From: Podarcis liolepis
Taxonomy: Eukaryota
Strand: one strand, 5' to 3'
DNA length: 64,000 nucleotides
Assembly (NCBI GenBank): GCA_965112155.1
Contig: OZ218101.1
Of the stretch, positions 52,701-60,323 are shown piece after piece. The position numbers and the translations under genes are program-made. Under the pieces are notes generated by a model. The model was not told where the DNA came from and searched no databases. It saw nothing but the letters and a program-made list of their open reading frames with translations. Position 1 is the stretch's first letter; each line of letters opens with the position of its first letter.

Positions 52701-55700
52701 AGCTTTTCAGAAATTTATGCATTCATAATCAGGTTTGTTATTTTGCTACACCTTTAAGACCATGGGTTGGGAAAACATCTCTAGAGAGCATTTATGGCAT
52801 AATTGCTGGTTGTTTTAGTCTTCTGGTCCCTGACATTATTTCATGGGATGGGTTTTTAATGTTTTCCTAGAAATGTTTATCCGTTTTGTTAGGCATCTGG
52901 GGAAGTTAAAATTCTGTGGGGTAGAAATATAAATTTTATACTGTAATTGTGCATCATGAATATACAAAAGCTTATTTTAAAACAATACTAATTGAGCAAC
53001 ACTCCAAAAACAGGGCATAACTATTAACTCATTCCTGGTCTTCAGGTGTCACTTTATTTACCCAGGCTTTTGCTAGTTAATTTATTTATTATATTTATAT
53101 CCCAGCTTTTCTCCAAGGAGTTCAAGGTGGCATGCACACTTCTTTTCCCTCTAAATGTTCTCTTCTGCCAGGTAGGTTAGCCTGAGAGACTGTGGCAGAC
53201 CCAAGGTCACCCAGTGAGCTTCTGGGCTGAGTGGAGATTCAATCCCTGATCCCCCACGTCCTAGTCAAACACTTTCACCACTTGATGTTGGAAGGCTTAA
53301 TGTTCAGCAACAATATCTGAATCAGTGTTTACTGAATTATTATTACTTCTTTTTAGCATGCTTTTAATGTTCGTGTTACAATGTTAATATATGTGTTGCA
53401 CATAGCCTTGAGCTCCTTTGAAGGAAGCACAATTTATAAATATATTAATATAAATAAATAAAACTGGGAAACGCCCAAGAAATTACAATGGGGAGAAGGA
53501 GTAGCAATCAGCTACATGCTTGCTCGCCTCCCTCTGTTGCTGTTTCTTTTCTAACTTCACTACCAGCCCACAGACCCACCTTCCAGGGCTATTCTTCTAA
53601 AAAAGAGGTGCCAGAACTCACCATAAACACCTTCCTCTTTCTCTTAGAATGGCAATGGCAGCCACCTGAGAGCCGCTGGAACTCACCTGAGAGGTTCTGG
53701 AACCCACCTCAGAACTGAGTTCTGAGTTCCCCCTGGAAAAAAAGCCCTGTCACTTCTCTCTTTCATGGCAAGGAGGAGAAAGAGTAGCTGCAGGCTCCAA
53801 AGGACCAACAGGTCAGTCAGGATGAGCTGAGCCAAGATAGAAAGCAGTCGATATAAAGAGTTTTTGTGCTGAGCATGCCCCATTCCTTGCAACTGTCTTC
53901 TTGTTTTTTTGTCTCCCCTCTCCCCCTAGTCCTGGCACCTGGTGTAACTCTCCTGAACCTATTTCTATACCAGAATGAACTTGAGCTATGCTGCCACACC
54001 TCCTATTAAAAGGGCTACACCGTGCCCTGTTTTCCTGCTCTTCACTCCCACTTCTGCAGGTGAGTGGGAAAGAGGAAACCACTAGTGGATCACTCAGGTG
54101 GATGGATTATTTGGCCACTTCATTGGCTCAACAAAGTTATGTTTTTTTCCTGCAGGCCATCAAAATCCTGGAACCAGCCCTGGGTCACTCGTTCTTTGGA
54201 TTTCTCTCTATGTAGTAAATCAACCATTTCAAACAGTAGCATTTCAAATGAGATTTGCCCTCAAGACATAATCTGACTACATCTTTCTCCATTTTTATAC
54301 ACTTCCCCTCAGCTAAGTAACATCTTTTAAGAATTTTCCCAAGTTATTTCTACACATAGAAGTACCTAAATGTGACTACCTGTTCTTTTCTCCATCAACA
54401 AAGAAGACATTCTTCAAAAAGGAAATTGGCTTTGAAGAACAGAAACTGACATGGCAGGTAAATCCAATATTGTTTCCTTCTGATGTTACTTGAATTACAT
54501 TGCCATTTGGAAAATCCACTGTTAAAGGATTAATCTGATGAACATCCTCTCCAGAGTCCAATTCTGAAATTTCAACTTGCAAGACTGTCGAACTGTTAAA
54601 AAAAGAAGCAGCAGCAAGATATGTAGTCCCAAAAGATCAACGTAACAAAGTTGAAGAATATATTTTCACAGTTGTTTTCAGAGAATTACTTTAAGGAAAA
54701 AAATACATTTTATAATTAGCTGTCAGATGAGAATCCTTTGAGTAAAGTAACAGCTAATTTGTATTAAACAAGCACTTCTTACTTGGGAGTTCATAAACAA
54801 AAGGTGAAGGACTTCAGGTTATATTAAATCTTATTCATAATTTTCAAAGTTTATACTGTTACATTATCCAGCTTCTTGAAGAGTAAAATTTAGAGTAACA
54901 CCAAGCTGATTTTGCATATTGCTTTGTTGAGTCCGTTTGCAAAGCCACTTCAGCTAGGAACACCATTTAGTGTTTGTACAAAGAACAATTTTCAGCAAAG
55001 TCAAGGGCTTGAACTCTCAGTAGAACTGCCTTCTTCATGTGGAAAGGCACAACCCCATGCTATATCACTGCAATGTCCAACAGGTTGATCACAATCAACA
55101 GGTCGATCCCCAAATGATCATGGTCAATCGTGGGCTCCCTTTAAATTGCTGGCTGTAATTAGAATTGTGGTGGAAGTCTCCGCCCCCGCTGCCCTCGTTC
55201 TGTCCATGAAATGGGCGATTGTTTGTGATACTAAGCTTCCTAAAAAAAAGCTCCAACACCCCTAAAAAAAAGCTCAACAACTTTCTGTTCCGCCTGCAGT
55301 ATATCACAAGCTGTTCAAGTTCTAAAAGAGGTTTATCATGTGATGTGATGAGTTATTTAACAAACACACATCCAAAGCCCTCCAGGGCATGCATGAATAG
55401 TTCCTTAGATCCAATTCATTCTAAATAATAAAGGCATGCGTAGATCAAAACCCTATAAAATCACCAACTTATATATTTTGGTGAACACAATCCTACAATT
55501 AGCACAATCCTACAAGGCTAGTTGAACCTCCACAGCACCAAAAAAAAAACAACCCAAAAAAACCCCAAATATCATAGGCTAGGTAGTAAATGGTATATAA
55601 CTAAATGGCAAACAGGTCTAAGATGTTCCTTACTAAATCAAATTCTAGATATGGTGCTGTGCGCTAGCAGAGCTGTCCTGGCAGCCCTATGGATGCTACA

Positions 55701-58700
55701 GAAAGAGCCTTCAGCGGACCAACTTCCCTTTCTGCTCAACTCAATGAATTTCCAGAAAAAAGGCCTGTAGCACGTTGAAACAGTCCAGTATAGGCTTAGA
55801 TGAGATGATGTCTGGTCCTGAACCAGCACACAACGGGAGCTGATCCTCCATCAAAGCAGGATCTCATATGTTGACACCCTCAAGTCCAACCTGTTTGCTA
55901 CAATGGTTTGAATTATCATTTTATACATGAGCAACTACTCTGCAGTCTTGAGCTTCCTTACAGCAGTGGTGGGGAACCTCCAGCCCACAGGCCTAATGTA
56001 GCACATGGGGCCTCAAAGGTTGGCCCACCTTTTGGGTGCATACTTACTGTATCTTCTCCATGTCTGGCATCATAAGACATCAGGCACTGGAAAGTTGGAA
56101 AACAATTCAAGCCGCACTTCAAAAAAAAAAAAAAAGACTCCAGAAAGCACTCTCTGTAGGCATGGCTTGAATTTGGCACTTTTTCAGTTAGGTAATTTTT
56201 TTTCTGATGTCATGCAAAGTGAAAAGAAGGCACCAGATTCAAAAAGATCTGCTTCAAGCTATGGCTACAACAGAAGAATTTTCATTTGCAATTGTGACTT
56301 GAAATTTCTGTCACCTGGTGTCATCATATTACCTGCCCACCTGTCCAAGTGGCCTGCAGAGGATTTTCACTTCTGCATCTGGCCATCTGCTCTGATCCAA
56401 TGCCATACCCCGTCTCACAACAAATTACTGACACATAATAAGGCATAATTAATTAACCCAAGATCCCTAATACATATTATTGTAAGAATTAGGAAAAGCA
56501 ATGTAGGTAAGCCTGTCTCACAGATAAACTATCCTGCAACTTCACAATTTGTTGCAACTGTTTCCCCCCTATTCATTTAGCAGCACCAGCACAAGACATT
56601 ATTTTGAAAAAAGAAGGTATAAATTAATCTCATTTTTTTTAAAAATGCCACTTCCTCTCATATGTATAAACTCACCCTTTAAATTAATGAGAGATTTACA
56701 GAAAAACTCCAGTAGGGGAAAGCAGTTTATACGTGATTGCAACTTAAACTGTAATTTAGGTAAATTGTAATTTACCTTAAATAATCCTGAGGAATTATAC
56801 AGACATCTACCCCGGTTTCCACATTGAGAGGAACTGGAGTCAGTATCACGAGCTGAGGCTCAAAGTTGATCTTGGATGACGTCATGGACCCAGATAAAGT
56901 GACTATTCGGTAAACAGACACATCTTCATTCAGAAGAACTGGCACTTGAGCTGTATATGCCCCAGCCCAATCTGGGGAGGGAGGGAATGTAATGATTGTT
57001 CATATTAACATAAATTAAGTGTGCTTTTTAAGCAGCAGATTAGACTAGATTCTTGCTAAGCATGCTAAGTTGTAGAAATCTGTAGCATTTCTGTTGGATT
57101 CAATTTTATATACTACATTTTCTATGTAATGGGAAATAGGAGTCCAAGAAGGATTCAATAAGGATTCAATTAAAGCAATGAAAATTAACCATAAAATCAC
57201 ATTTTAAATGCTTGCTGAAATTTTTAAAAAGCAGTCACCAAACACATGAGGGTCATCGAGGAGGGGCGTGCCTGATCTCAGCTAGGAGGTCCAAAGAACT
57301 GGACCTAGAATGCTGAACACACAGCATGTGGTAGATATGAATAATGCATGTGAGTCATGGGAACCAGTAAGAGGGACTCCCTCAAAGATCTCAGTGATCA
57401 GACGTGCACCTAAGTTGTTATGAGTTAAGAACATTCATTGATTATTGGAGGCCAGTGCAAGTTTTTAAGCAGTGGAGGTATGTGCTGGAGGTAACTAACT
57501 AGTCTGGCTGCAGCATTTTATACCAGCTGGAGGTTTTCGTAAAGGGGCCCAGCTTTTATGAAGGGCAATGACTCCCTTCAAAGATCTTTACCCTTTACTT
57601 CATTCTTGCCAAGTTTAAAAGATACCATACTCTGTTTGACAACTTTTGATACAGCATCAGTCGTGAGCAAGTTCACAATTAATATCTCCATAGGTTCCTC
57701 ATTGATATTGCAGCACATCCCTTAATGTTAAGTATCACTTATATTTGACAGAGGCTTGTACTACTCTTCATCTAGTCAAGCAAAAACTAGCCCAGCAGCT
57801 AGGTATGAGAGCCTTAGAGACGGTATCTTTTTCACTTTTAGTTGGCATATTACTATCATCAAAATGTATGAATAAGTAGGCAGGACAGGGAAATGTGGAG
57901 TAATTATTTTTGCGGACTTAATGAATGGCTGATTTAGCAGTTAACTTGCTTGTACCAATCTTGATAAAACTACAGCTCCCTGCACCTACACATACCCCTC
58001 TTTTTTCAACTACACACTTTGTGACGTGCCTATCGCTAGCCCTTTTCATTACTGAACTTTCCAACATAAAACAACAGAAAATGTTCTAAGTAAGCAAGGA
58101 AAGTGCTAAGACCCCATTTCTCTTTGTAGTATCTCTATCAAACATTCTATAGATGCACAGCAAGCAAAGTTTTCGACAGGCTGGCTTTGAAAAGAGAGAG
58201 GTGAGTTCACAGCTGTACTAGTAGGAAGTTGAATTTAACCTTATATATGACACAAGCCTAGTCTCGGGAGACTTGTAAGCCCTTGACTATGTCAAATATG
58301 TTATACAATAAAGCAGCAATGTCTGAGGCTGCAGCAAAGCAACCTTGACTGACTTCTTAGTATTTCCCAGACTGAAATCCAGTTCCTGCATGGTGGAATG
58401 TGGAGCTCAACAACTATCAGCTGATTCATTCTGGCTTGCATATTTGTTTCAAGACAGAAGCTGATGTTTCCCAAACCCCTATAAACACATTGCAAGTACA
58501 CTTTTCATAAGACAACAAATAGGAGCAATTAGAATTCTTCTGAGCATCAGCAAATTAAATTTTGTTCAGAATCAAGTCAACCTCCCTAGCTTATGGTTGT
58601 TTATGCATACAGAATTTACAACTTGTGTTCTTCCGGTACCAATCAACTACTTTGCAAACATTCAGTGAAAATTGTGTTTGCTTTAAAACAGAATAGGAAA

Positions 58701-60060
58701 TATAAATGGTGGTGCTGCTTTTCAGAGTCTTCAAAACCCTTTCAAAGGCGGAAGCTTAAACATACAGCATTAATTTTAAACACAGAAAGAGAGAGCAAAC
58801 TGAATCAGGTTTGGGGGAATACTTACATGGACAGAAGCATATGATAACAACTGTAGATTGGCCTGGATAGAGAACTCCAGTATACAAACTAAATTTGAAG
58901 ATGCCTGAATCTACTGCTTTGCCAGCAGCATCAAGATCAAATCTCCAAGTAATCTGTTTCTTTGAGACATTTTTCAGGTGTAGCTTCTGTAGAAAGATGT
59001 GGAGGAATAGAACTGGGTCATTACTTTCATTACTGCAGCAAGATATACTTATCTGTTTTTAATTAACATTCAGGAGACTGGAGTTCACACAGTCATGTAC
59101 CACCACTCAGATTTCAAGCTTATGTTCCCAAAACCTCAGTAGCAGTCCAAATGATAGCATAGTCATGCAGTCGTCCTCCTGATACCAGTGTTGCTATAGC
59201 AGTTGCTATTCCTGCTGGCAGACCTGCACTTTGCTGCCAATCTGTGCCACCCTAGACCTGTCCAGGAAAGCTGCAGTAAAATCAGTGTTGGGAGGGCAGC
59301 CCCACAGCTCCACACCACACCATGCTACAGGAAAACTTCAGGAGCAATACTTAAATATATCACGCAAAAAATAGTGACATCAGGATGTCATCCAGGTATG
59401 GATGGAAACAAAACCCTAGAGTCTGGAAATCATAGAACAAACAAAAGTGTGGATGAGTCCAATGGCTATCAGGTTATTTAACTGGAGCAGAAACATGGGG
59501 TCATGTAACAGCAGTCCTAAAAGCTCTGCACTACTTGTCTGTGTGCTACCAGGCTCAATTCCATGTGTTAGTGGGGTTTTACAAAGCCCTGAATGGCCCA
59601 GAGTCCAAATAATCTGCAGAAGCACCTCCTCCAATACCAGTCAACTTGATCCTTAAAACCATCAGAAAAGGGATTGTCTGCTTGCAGTCCCCACTGGAAT
59701 TTCGAGTGAGAAGACAAGTAGAAAGACCTCTATGGTAGCATCAACTCTGGAATGATCTCCACTTAGAGATGCATCTGTTTCCCTCATGGTTGAGTTTCAG
59801 ATCCAGACTGAAAATATTTTTATTTACCAAGGCTTTTGTCATTTAACAAACAGAAAGCACATTTCTCATGAACAATAAATGCACCTCCGTTTAATGATTC
59901 ACTACAGAACAAGAGTAAAGCAGAACTGGAAGATCCACTCGTCTCTGTAACATACCTACCTTTATGTTACTGCTGTCACTTATAACACCTAACTTCAAAC
60001 TTCTCCTACAATACTGAAATGTGATTTCTAAAGGAGAAACTTGCAGTGGTGGCTGTAATA
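652..60060 (-). CDS. CFAP47: CFAP47 (cilia- and flagella-associated protein 47), internal part; 25 exons in the window, gene continues beyond both ends
   Basis: Spliced translation matches recalled CFAP47 motifs: SKRAWTDVLLQIYK, SSNIYSSSERILLIWMN, RWIVNFDKDLLDGLVLAAQVAKYCPYL (CH domain), ATDICDPNPITMLMLCVYLYE, NEAREKALALAAQQQMSALEYERR, PGRYPCKILLQSKYDVR. All exons have GT-AG boundaries and compatible phases (sum 3,641 nt = 2 + 1,213x3). Confidence 0.93.
1171..1514 (-). mobile_element. Sauria SINE, lacking the (ACCTTT)n tail
   Basis: Body similar to the other four copies; flanking direct repeat tctcaacataaa at 1159-1170 and 1521-1532. Confidence 0.9.
1944..2137 (-). CDS. CFAP47: CFAP47 exon 24 (EVAEVELPIKFSPKYPGRYPCKILLQSKYDVR...AVTQDIPI), phase 1 to 0
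   Basis: ttctccccacag acceptor, gtatgt donor, 194 nt. Confidence 0.92.
2226..2365. other. Assembly gap (140 N)
   Basis: Run of N. Confidence 1.
2973..3321 (-). mobile_element. Sauria SINE, full length
   Basis: aaaggtaaagg (reverse of the ACCTTT tail), typical body, degenerate TSD ggttgccgta/ggttgtcata. Confidence 0.92.
6239..6720 (+). mobile_element. Probable solo LTR (Gypsy-type), degraded
   Basis: Starts TGTCA, purine-rich body, degenerate poly(A) signal region aatagagagttaac at 6661; 3' end uncertain. Confidence 0.5.
7709..7980 (-). mobile_element. Sauria SINE, 5'-truncated (tRNA-derived head missing)
   Basis: aaggtaaagga tail and body; similarity stops at about 7980. Confidence 0.88.
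8686..8880 (+). mobile_element. LTR-like fragment
   Basis: Starts TGTCATGG, composition like the 6239 element. Confidence 0.35.
8893..8964. mobile_element. One end of a Tc1/mariner (Tigger/pogo-like) MITE
   Basis: Three tgtaacctga repeats then gaggtaccactg|ta, the same terminal motif as the 63236-63872 element. Confidence 0.65.
9118..9295 (-). CDS. CFAP47: CFAP47 exon 23 (KDALHNFPK...YSVEVSMPEYFESPGNIEIP...EER), phase 0 to 1
   Basis: ttttatttacag acceptor, G|gtgaca donor, 178 nt. Confidence 0.87.
10002..10228 (-). CDS. CFAP47: CFAP47 exon 22 (DREIQPVLCLKC...AQQQMSALEYERRKVTGTLESSSVRVA...VE), phase 1 to 0
   Basis: ttattacag acceptor, GAG|gtaaga donor, 227 nt. Confidence 0.93.
11932..12040 (-). 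CDS. CFAP47: CFAP47 exon 21 (IGEFVYLVEGTCDLPLPSGLLPMNSPNV...LE), phase 0 to 1
   Basis: tgtgtttcag acceptor, G|gtagag donor, 109 nt. Confidence 0.9.
13082..14485. mobile_element. Non-autonomous hAT transposon with about 1.2 kb of CpG-rich cargo
   Basis: 15-bp TIRs cagtttttcccaacc / ggttgggaaacactg; perfect 8-bp TSD acctagct at 13074-13081 and 14486-14493; termini shared with 60324-61029. Confidence 0.93.
13444..13464 (+). promoter_or_regulatory. ZNF143/Staf (SBS)-like ACTACnnTTCCCAG promoter motif in the transposon cargo
   Basis: aactacgtttcccagcgtggc resembles the ACTACAnTTCCCAGnATGC motif typical of vertebrate CpG-island promoters. Confidence 0.55.
15238..15440 (-). CDS. CFAP47: CFAP47 exon 20 (AEAFTSSD...LQEFFSP...LHYLPFIMGKRYCAIILFNEQ), phase 1 to 0
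   Basis: tandem tagcag acceptor (end 15440 or 15437), CAG|gtaaat donor. Confidence 0.9.
15890..15980. mobile_element. Short palindromic MITE
   Basis: acttttaatcagagtagacccactgaaat / atttcaatggatctactctgattaaaagt inverted repeat; same family at 44132-44250. Confidence 0.7.
16033..16756 (+). mobile_element. Probable solo LTR (ERV- or Gypsy-like)
   Basis: GC-richer block with tgtaatcAATAAAgttgtggcc poly(A) signal near 16667, ending ...cacaca; boundaries approximate. Confidence 0.5.
16846..17211 (+). mobile_element. Sauria SINE, opposite orientation to the other four
   Basis: tRNA-like head with B-box gttcgaatccc, (ACCTTT)n tail, 15-bp TSD tacatagattatgta at 16831-16845 and 17212-17226. Confidence 0.95.
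18600..18682 (-). CDS. CFAP47: CFAP47 exon 19 (SETDILNKRHD...DRSNA), phase 2 to 1
   Basis: catttttttag acceptor, G|gtaagc donor, 83 nt; needed to bridge phase 2 to phase 1. Confidence 0.82.
18830..20330 (+). mobile_element. Old, degraded L1/Tx1-type LINE ORF2 (reverse transcriptase) fragment
   Basis: Decayed motifs in the expected order: HHDQVrF (IHHDQVGF), LDEVKAFD (LDAEKAFD), RGMKQ (RGTRQGCP), INMFTHDVTLFLSDP (SLFADD); many stops and frameshifts. Confidence 0.7.
20709..21207 (+). mobile_element. CR1 LINE, 5'-truncated 3' end
   Basis: ORF2 C-terminus LERVQRRATKMVKGLE...LEKRRLRGDMI...RFHLNIRKNFLTVRAV and (ATTCTATG)n tail. Confidence 0.95.
23261..23347 (-). CDS. CFAP47: CFAP47 exon 18 (VILVESTSCITEPENLDQL...TK), phase 2 to 2
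   Basis: tattttttag acceptor, AG|gtaagt donor, 87 nt. Confidence 0.88.
23740..23960 (+). mobile_element. L2 LINE 3' fragment
   Basis: gccttttctgtggctgctccc...tggaattccctcc (AFSVAAP-LWNSL) followed by a T-rich tail. Confidence 0.6.
24229..24433. mobile_element. Penelope-like element remnant forming a near-perfect hairpin
   Basis: ggtagccgtgttggtctg...tctgaagaagtgtgcatgcacacgaaagctca Penelope-type terminal sequence; inverted arms about 24258-24333 and 24357-24433; flanking direct repeat acagataaattta. Confidence 0.8.
24615..24703 (-). CDS. CFAP47: CFAP47 exon 17 (GVLKCKSPCYELNELNLQVISPFKMDGPF), phase 0 to 2
   Basis: tacttacag acceptor, AG|gtatca donor, 89 nt. Confidence 0.9.
24787..24842. 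repeat. (CT)n(CA)n microsatellite
   Basis: Direct reading. Confidence 0.95.
25969..26387. mobile_element. Non-autonomous hAT (Tip100-like) transposon with CpG-rich interior
   Basis: TIRs cagggccatctta / taagacgcccctg; 8-bp TSD agaactgg / ggaactgg. Confidence 0.85.
26995..27145 (-). CDS. CFAP47: CFAP47 exon 16 (SQTTINVEFTSRFLHPAEAVLLL...IKLA), phase 2 to 0
   Basis: cctgacttag acceptor, gtaggt donor, 151 nt. Confidence 0.9.
29171..29283 (-). CDS. CFAP47: CFAP47 exon 15 (IQLKNPSIKPLVYTATILGRECADFSLPKGNMVTISP), phase 0 to 2
   Basis: ttgcaacag acceptor, gtaagt donor, 113 nt. Confidence 0.92.
30181..30315 (-). CDS. CFAP47: CFAP47 exon 14 (ATDICDPNPITMLMLCVYLYEWLPQYLPKK...VRK), phase 0 to 0
   Basis: aaattag acceptor, AAG|gtacta donor, 135 nt. 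Confidence 0.93.
31365..31533. mobile_element. Small MITE-like element next to a tRNA-derived SINE remnant
   Basis: Imperfect terminal inverted repeat aggcccatgcagag / ctctgcacaggcct; no clear TSD. Confidence 0.4.
32213..32329 (-). CDS. CFAP47: CFAP47 exon 13 (ISTHFVNMYTNPQTSEQYLHNCLILVNAF...VL), phase 0 to 0
   Basis: ttatctgcag acceptor, gtaagt donor, 117 nt. Confidence 0.92.
33816..33913 (-). CDS. CFAP47: CFAP47 exon 12, CH domain (DIPPTRWIVNFDKDLLDGLVLAAQVAKYCPYL), phase 1 to 0
   Basis: tttcaaacag acceptor, gtaaga donor, 98 nt; calponin-homology-type motif. Confidence 0.93.
34375..34761 (-). mobile_element. Sauria SINE, full length
   Basis: (aaaggt)n tail, 13-bp TSD actcttatatata at 34362-34374 and 34762-34774. 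Confidence 0.95.
37036..37558. mobile_element. Non-autonomous hAT (Tip100-like) transposon, GC-rich and internally palindromic
   Basis: TIRs cagaggcgga / tccgcccctg; perfect 8-bp TSD ctcttgac at 37028-37035 and 37559-37566. Confidence 0.88.
37866..38655. repeat. Inverted repeat, arms of about 110 bp (37866-37981 and 38549-38655) with a spacer of about 570 bp
   Basis: gtgcaaaatattcttctgatatgaaattaatacttaa... is reverse-complementary to ...ttaagtattaatttcatatcagaagaatattttgcac. Confidence 0.9.
39185..39380 (-). CDS. CFAP47: CFAP47 exon 11 (ILVLHRV...SSNIYSSSERILLIWMNRNFEKTR...KK), phase 0 to 1
   Basis: ccattttag acceptor, G|gtgggg donor, 196 nt. Confidence 0.9.
39995..40102 (-). CDS. CFAP47: CFAP47 exon 10 (AESFDPND...FEAMSKRAWTDVLLQIYK), phase 0 to 0
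   Basis: AAG|gtgaga donor is clear; acceptor chosen (catatttatccgaag) because it keeps phase, so the 5' boundary is less certain. Confidence 0.8.
40629..40722 (-). CDS. CFAP47: CFAP47 exon 9 (GQGASLPHILPQFLLDFEDYKKW...LVK), phase 2 to 0
   Basis: gatgttag acceptor, AAG|gtaatt donor, 94 nt. Confidence 0.88.
40769..41231 (+). mobile_element. Bov-B / RTE LINE, 5'-truncated 3' end
   Basis: ORF end AMVFPVVMYG-SWTIKKADRRRIDAFELWCWRRLLRVPWTARRSN...HGVTKSRTRLND, caa-type tail, AT-rich TSD aataaataa. Confidence 0.95.
42060..42725 (-). mobile_element. Degraded L2 LINE ORF2 fragment
   Basis: WMGANKLKLNPNKIEVL motif (L2 RT C-terminal region) and downstream LQL. Confidence 0.75.
42787..42993 (-). CDS. 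CFAP47: CFAP47 exon 8 (DVCKIQM...TIYDLLLHLSGQLLPGITSSQSLP...TFL), phase 2 to 2
   Basis: ctttgctcag acceptor, AG|gtgagt donor, 207 nt. Confidence 0.92.
44132..44250. mobile_element. Short palindromic MITE (same family as 15890)
   Basis: ggtggtattgaactaagt...acttagttcaataccacc terminal inverted repeat. Confidence 0.75.
44585..44795 (-). CDS. CFAP47: CFAP47 exon 7 (ELEKMLERL...QNWFTLFGWSKGPNPISIPHSLR), phase 1 to 2
   Basis: ttttctgcag acceptor, CG|gtacta donor, 211 nt. Confidence 0.9.
44903..45013 (+). mobile_element. Short tRNA-derived SINE with CR1-type tail (Squam3-like)
   Basis: B-box-like ggttcaatccc, 3' end gtcctttccaactctgcaattctatg resembles the CR1 tail at 21160-21200. Confidence 0.65.
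45578..45703 (-). CDS. CFAP47: CFAP47 exon 6 (DGNEIIYSTGETLQHPCYVPGS...EDSLA), symmetric phase 1
   Basis: tttgtag acceptor, CAG|gtataa donor, 126 nt open in the required frame; divergent linker region. Confidence 0.7.
46555..46790. repeat. Simple repeats: (GGAT)n, (GGGA)n and (CT)n
   Basis: Direct reading. Confidence 0.9.
47019..47119 (-). CDS. CFAP47: CFAP47 exon 5 (FPLQVSATAENCLLTVYPYLACH...ITLRS), phase 2 to 1
   Basis: tatttctag acceptor, G|gtgagc donor, 101 nt. Confidence 0.9.
47549..47814 (-). repeat. 3' LTR (266 bp)
   Basis: Polypurine tract ggtggggagggg immediately upstream on the minus strand (about 47815-47826); TATAAATA at 47655-47662 and AATAAA at 47603-47608 on the minus strand. 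Confidence 0.97.
47928..52044 (-). CDS. Gag-Pol polyprotein (Gag with Cys/His knuckles, protease, RT, RNase H, integrase), split by a 4-bp frameshift near 49030
   Basis: ORFs 48979..52044 and 47928..49031: CRKCSRRGHIAKVC, IDTGS, YFDD, LACDAS, HVGHPG..CQAC, HIDLAGPF / VSDNG / NGQAER (DDE). Confidence 0.95.
52221..52238 (-). promoter_or_regulatory. Primer-binding site for tRNA-Ser(GCU)
   Basis: TGGCGACGAGGATGGGAT, one base inside the 5' LTR boundary, complementary to the recalled vertebrate tRNA-Ser(GCU) 3' end ATCCCATCCTCGTCG-CCA. Confidence 0.85.
52240..52505 (-). repeat. 5' LTR (266 bp)
   Basis: Identical to 47549-47814, followed by TSD caaac. Confidence 0.97.
53080..53285 (-). mobile_element. 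MIR-like CORE-SINE
   Basis: ggtaggttagcctgagagactg...cccaaggtcacccagtgagcttc...ggctgagtggagattcaatccc with a tttatttatt tail. Confidence 0.65.
53584..53749. mobile_element. Small hAT-type MITE
   Basis: TIRs cagggct... / ...agccctg with internal gaact/agttc repeats; TSD degenerate. Confidence 0.6.
54380..54592 (-). CDS. CFAP47: CFAP47 exon 4 (STVLQVEISEL...SKPISFLKNVFFVDGEKN), phase 2 to 2
   Basis: tttttaacag acceptor, AG|gtagtc donor, 213 nt; overlaps ORF 54376..54582. Confidence 0.9.
56776..56971 (-). CDS. CFAP47: CFAP47 exon 3 (WAGAYTAQVPVLLN...LTPVPLNVETG...QDYL), phase 1 to 2
   Basis: ccctccccag acceptor, AG|gtaaat donor, 196 nt open. Confidence 0.9.
58827..58986 (-). CDS. CFAP47: CFAP47 exon 2 (KLHLKNVSKKQITWRFDL...ICFCP), phase 0 to 1
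   Basis: ctttctacag acceptor, gtaagt donor, 160 nt open. Confidence 0.9.
59960..60060 (-). CDS. CFAP47: CFAP47 exon (window exon 1; VLQPPLQVSPLEITF...SSNIK), phase 1 to 0
   Basis: ctttctacag acceptor, AAG|gtaggt donor, 101 nt open. Confidence 0.85.
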
Positions 60061-60323
60061 CTGTAGAAAGAAAAAAATACACAGTTATTTTTAAGCTCTG
60101 AACAAATGCTTCTGCAAGTATCCTTTGTTTAAAACCAATAATCACTTAGACGTTCCTGGTACTGACTTACTTTCACTGTTTGATTGAGACGTTGGCTCAA
60201 ATGTCACAAATCTGACCCTCCACAAGAACATGCCACAGGCTCTCACAGTCTGGACTCTCTTCTTCACTTCCTCCCCGCAACTCAAACATAGTTTGCCCAT
60301 TTACAGAAGGGCAAAACAAAGAG

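Noticed and set aside
59240-59700. Minus-strand HPYLDDILM, a reverse-transcriptase-like motif
   Set aside because: Surrounding frame is too decayed to assign to L2, DIRS or Gypsy.
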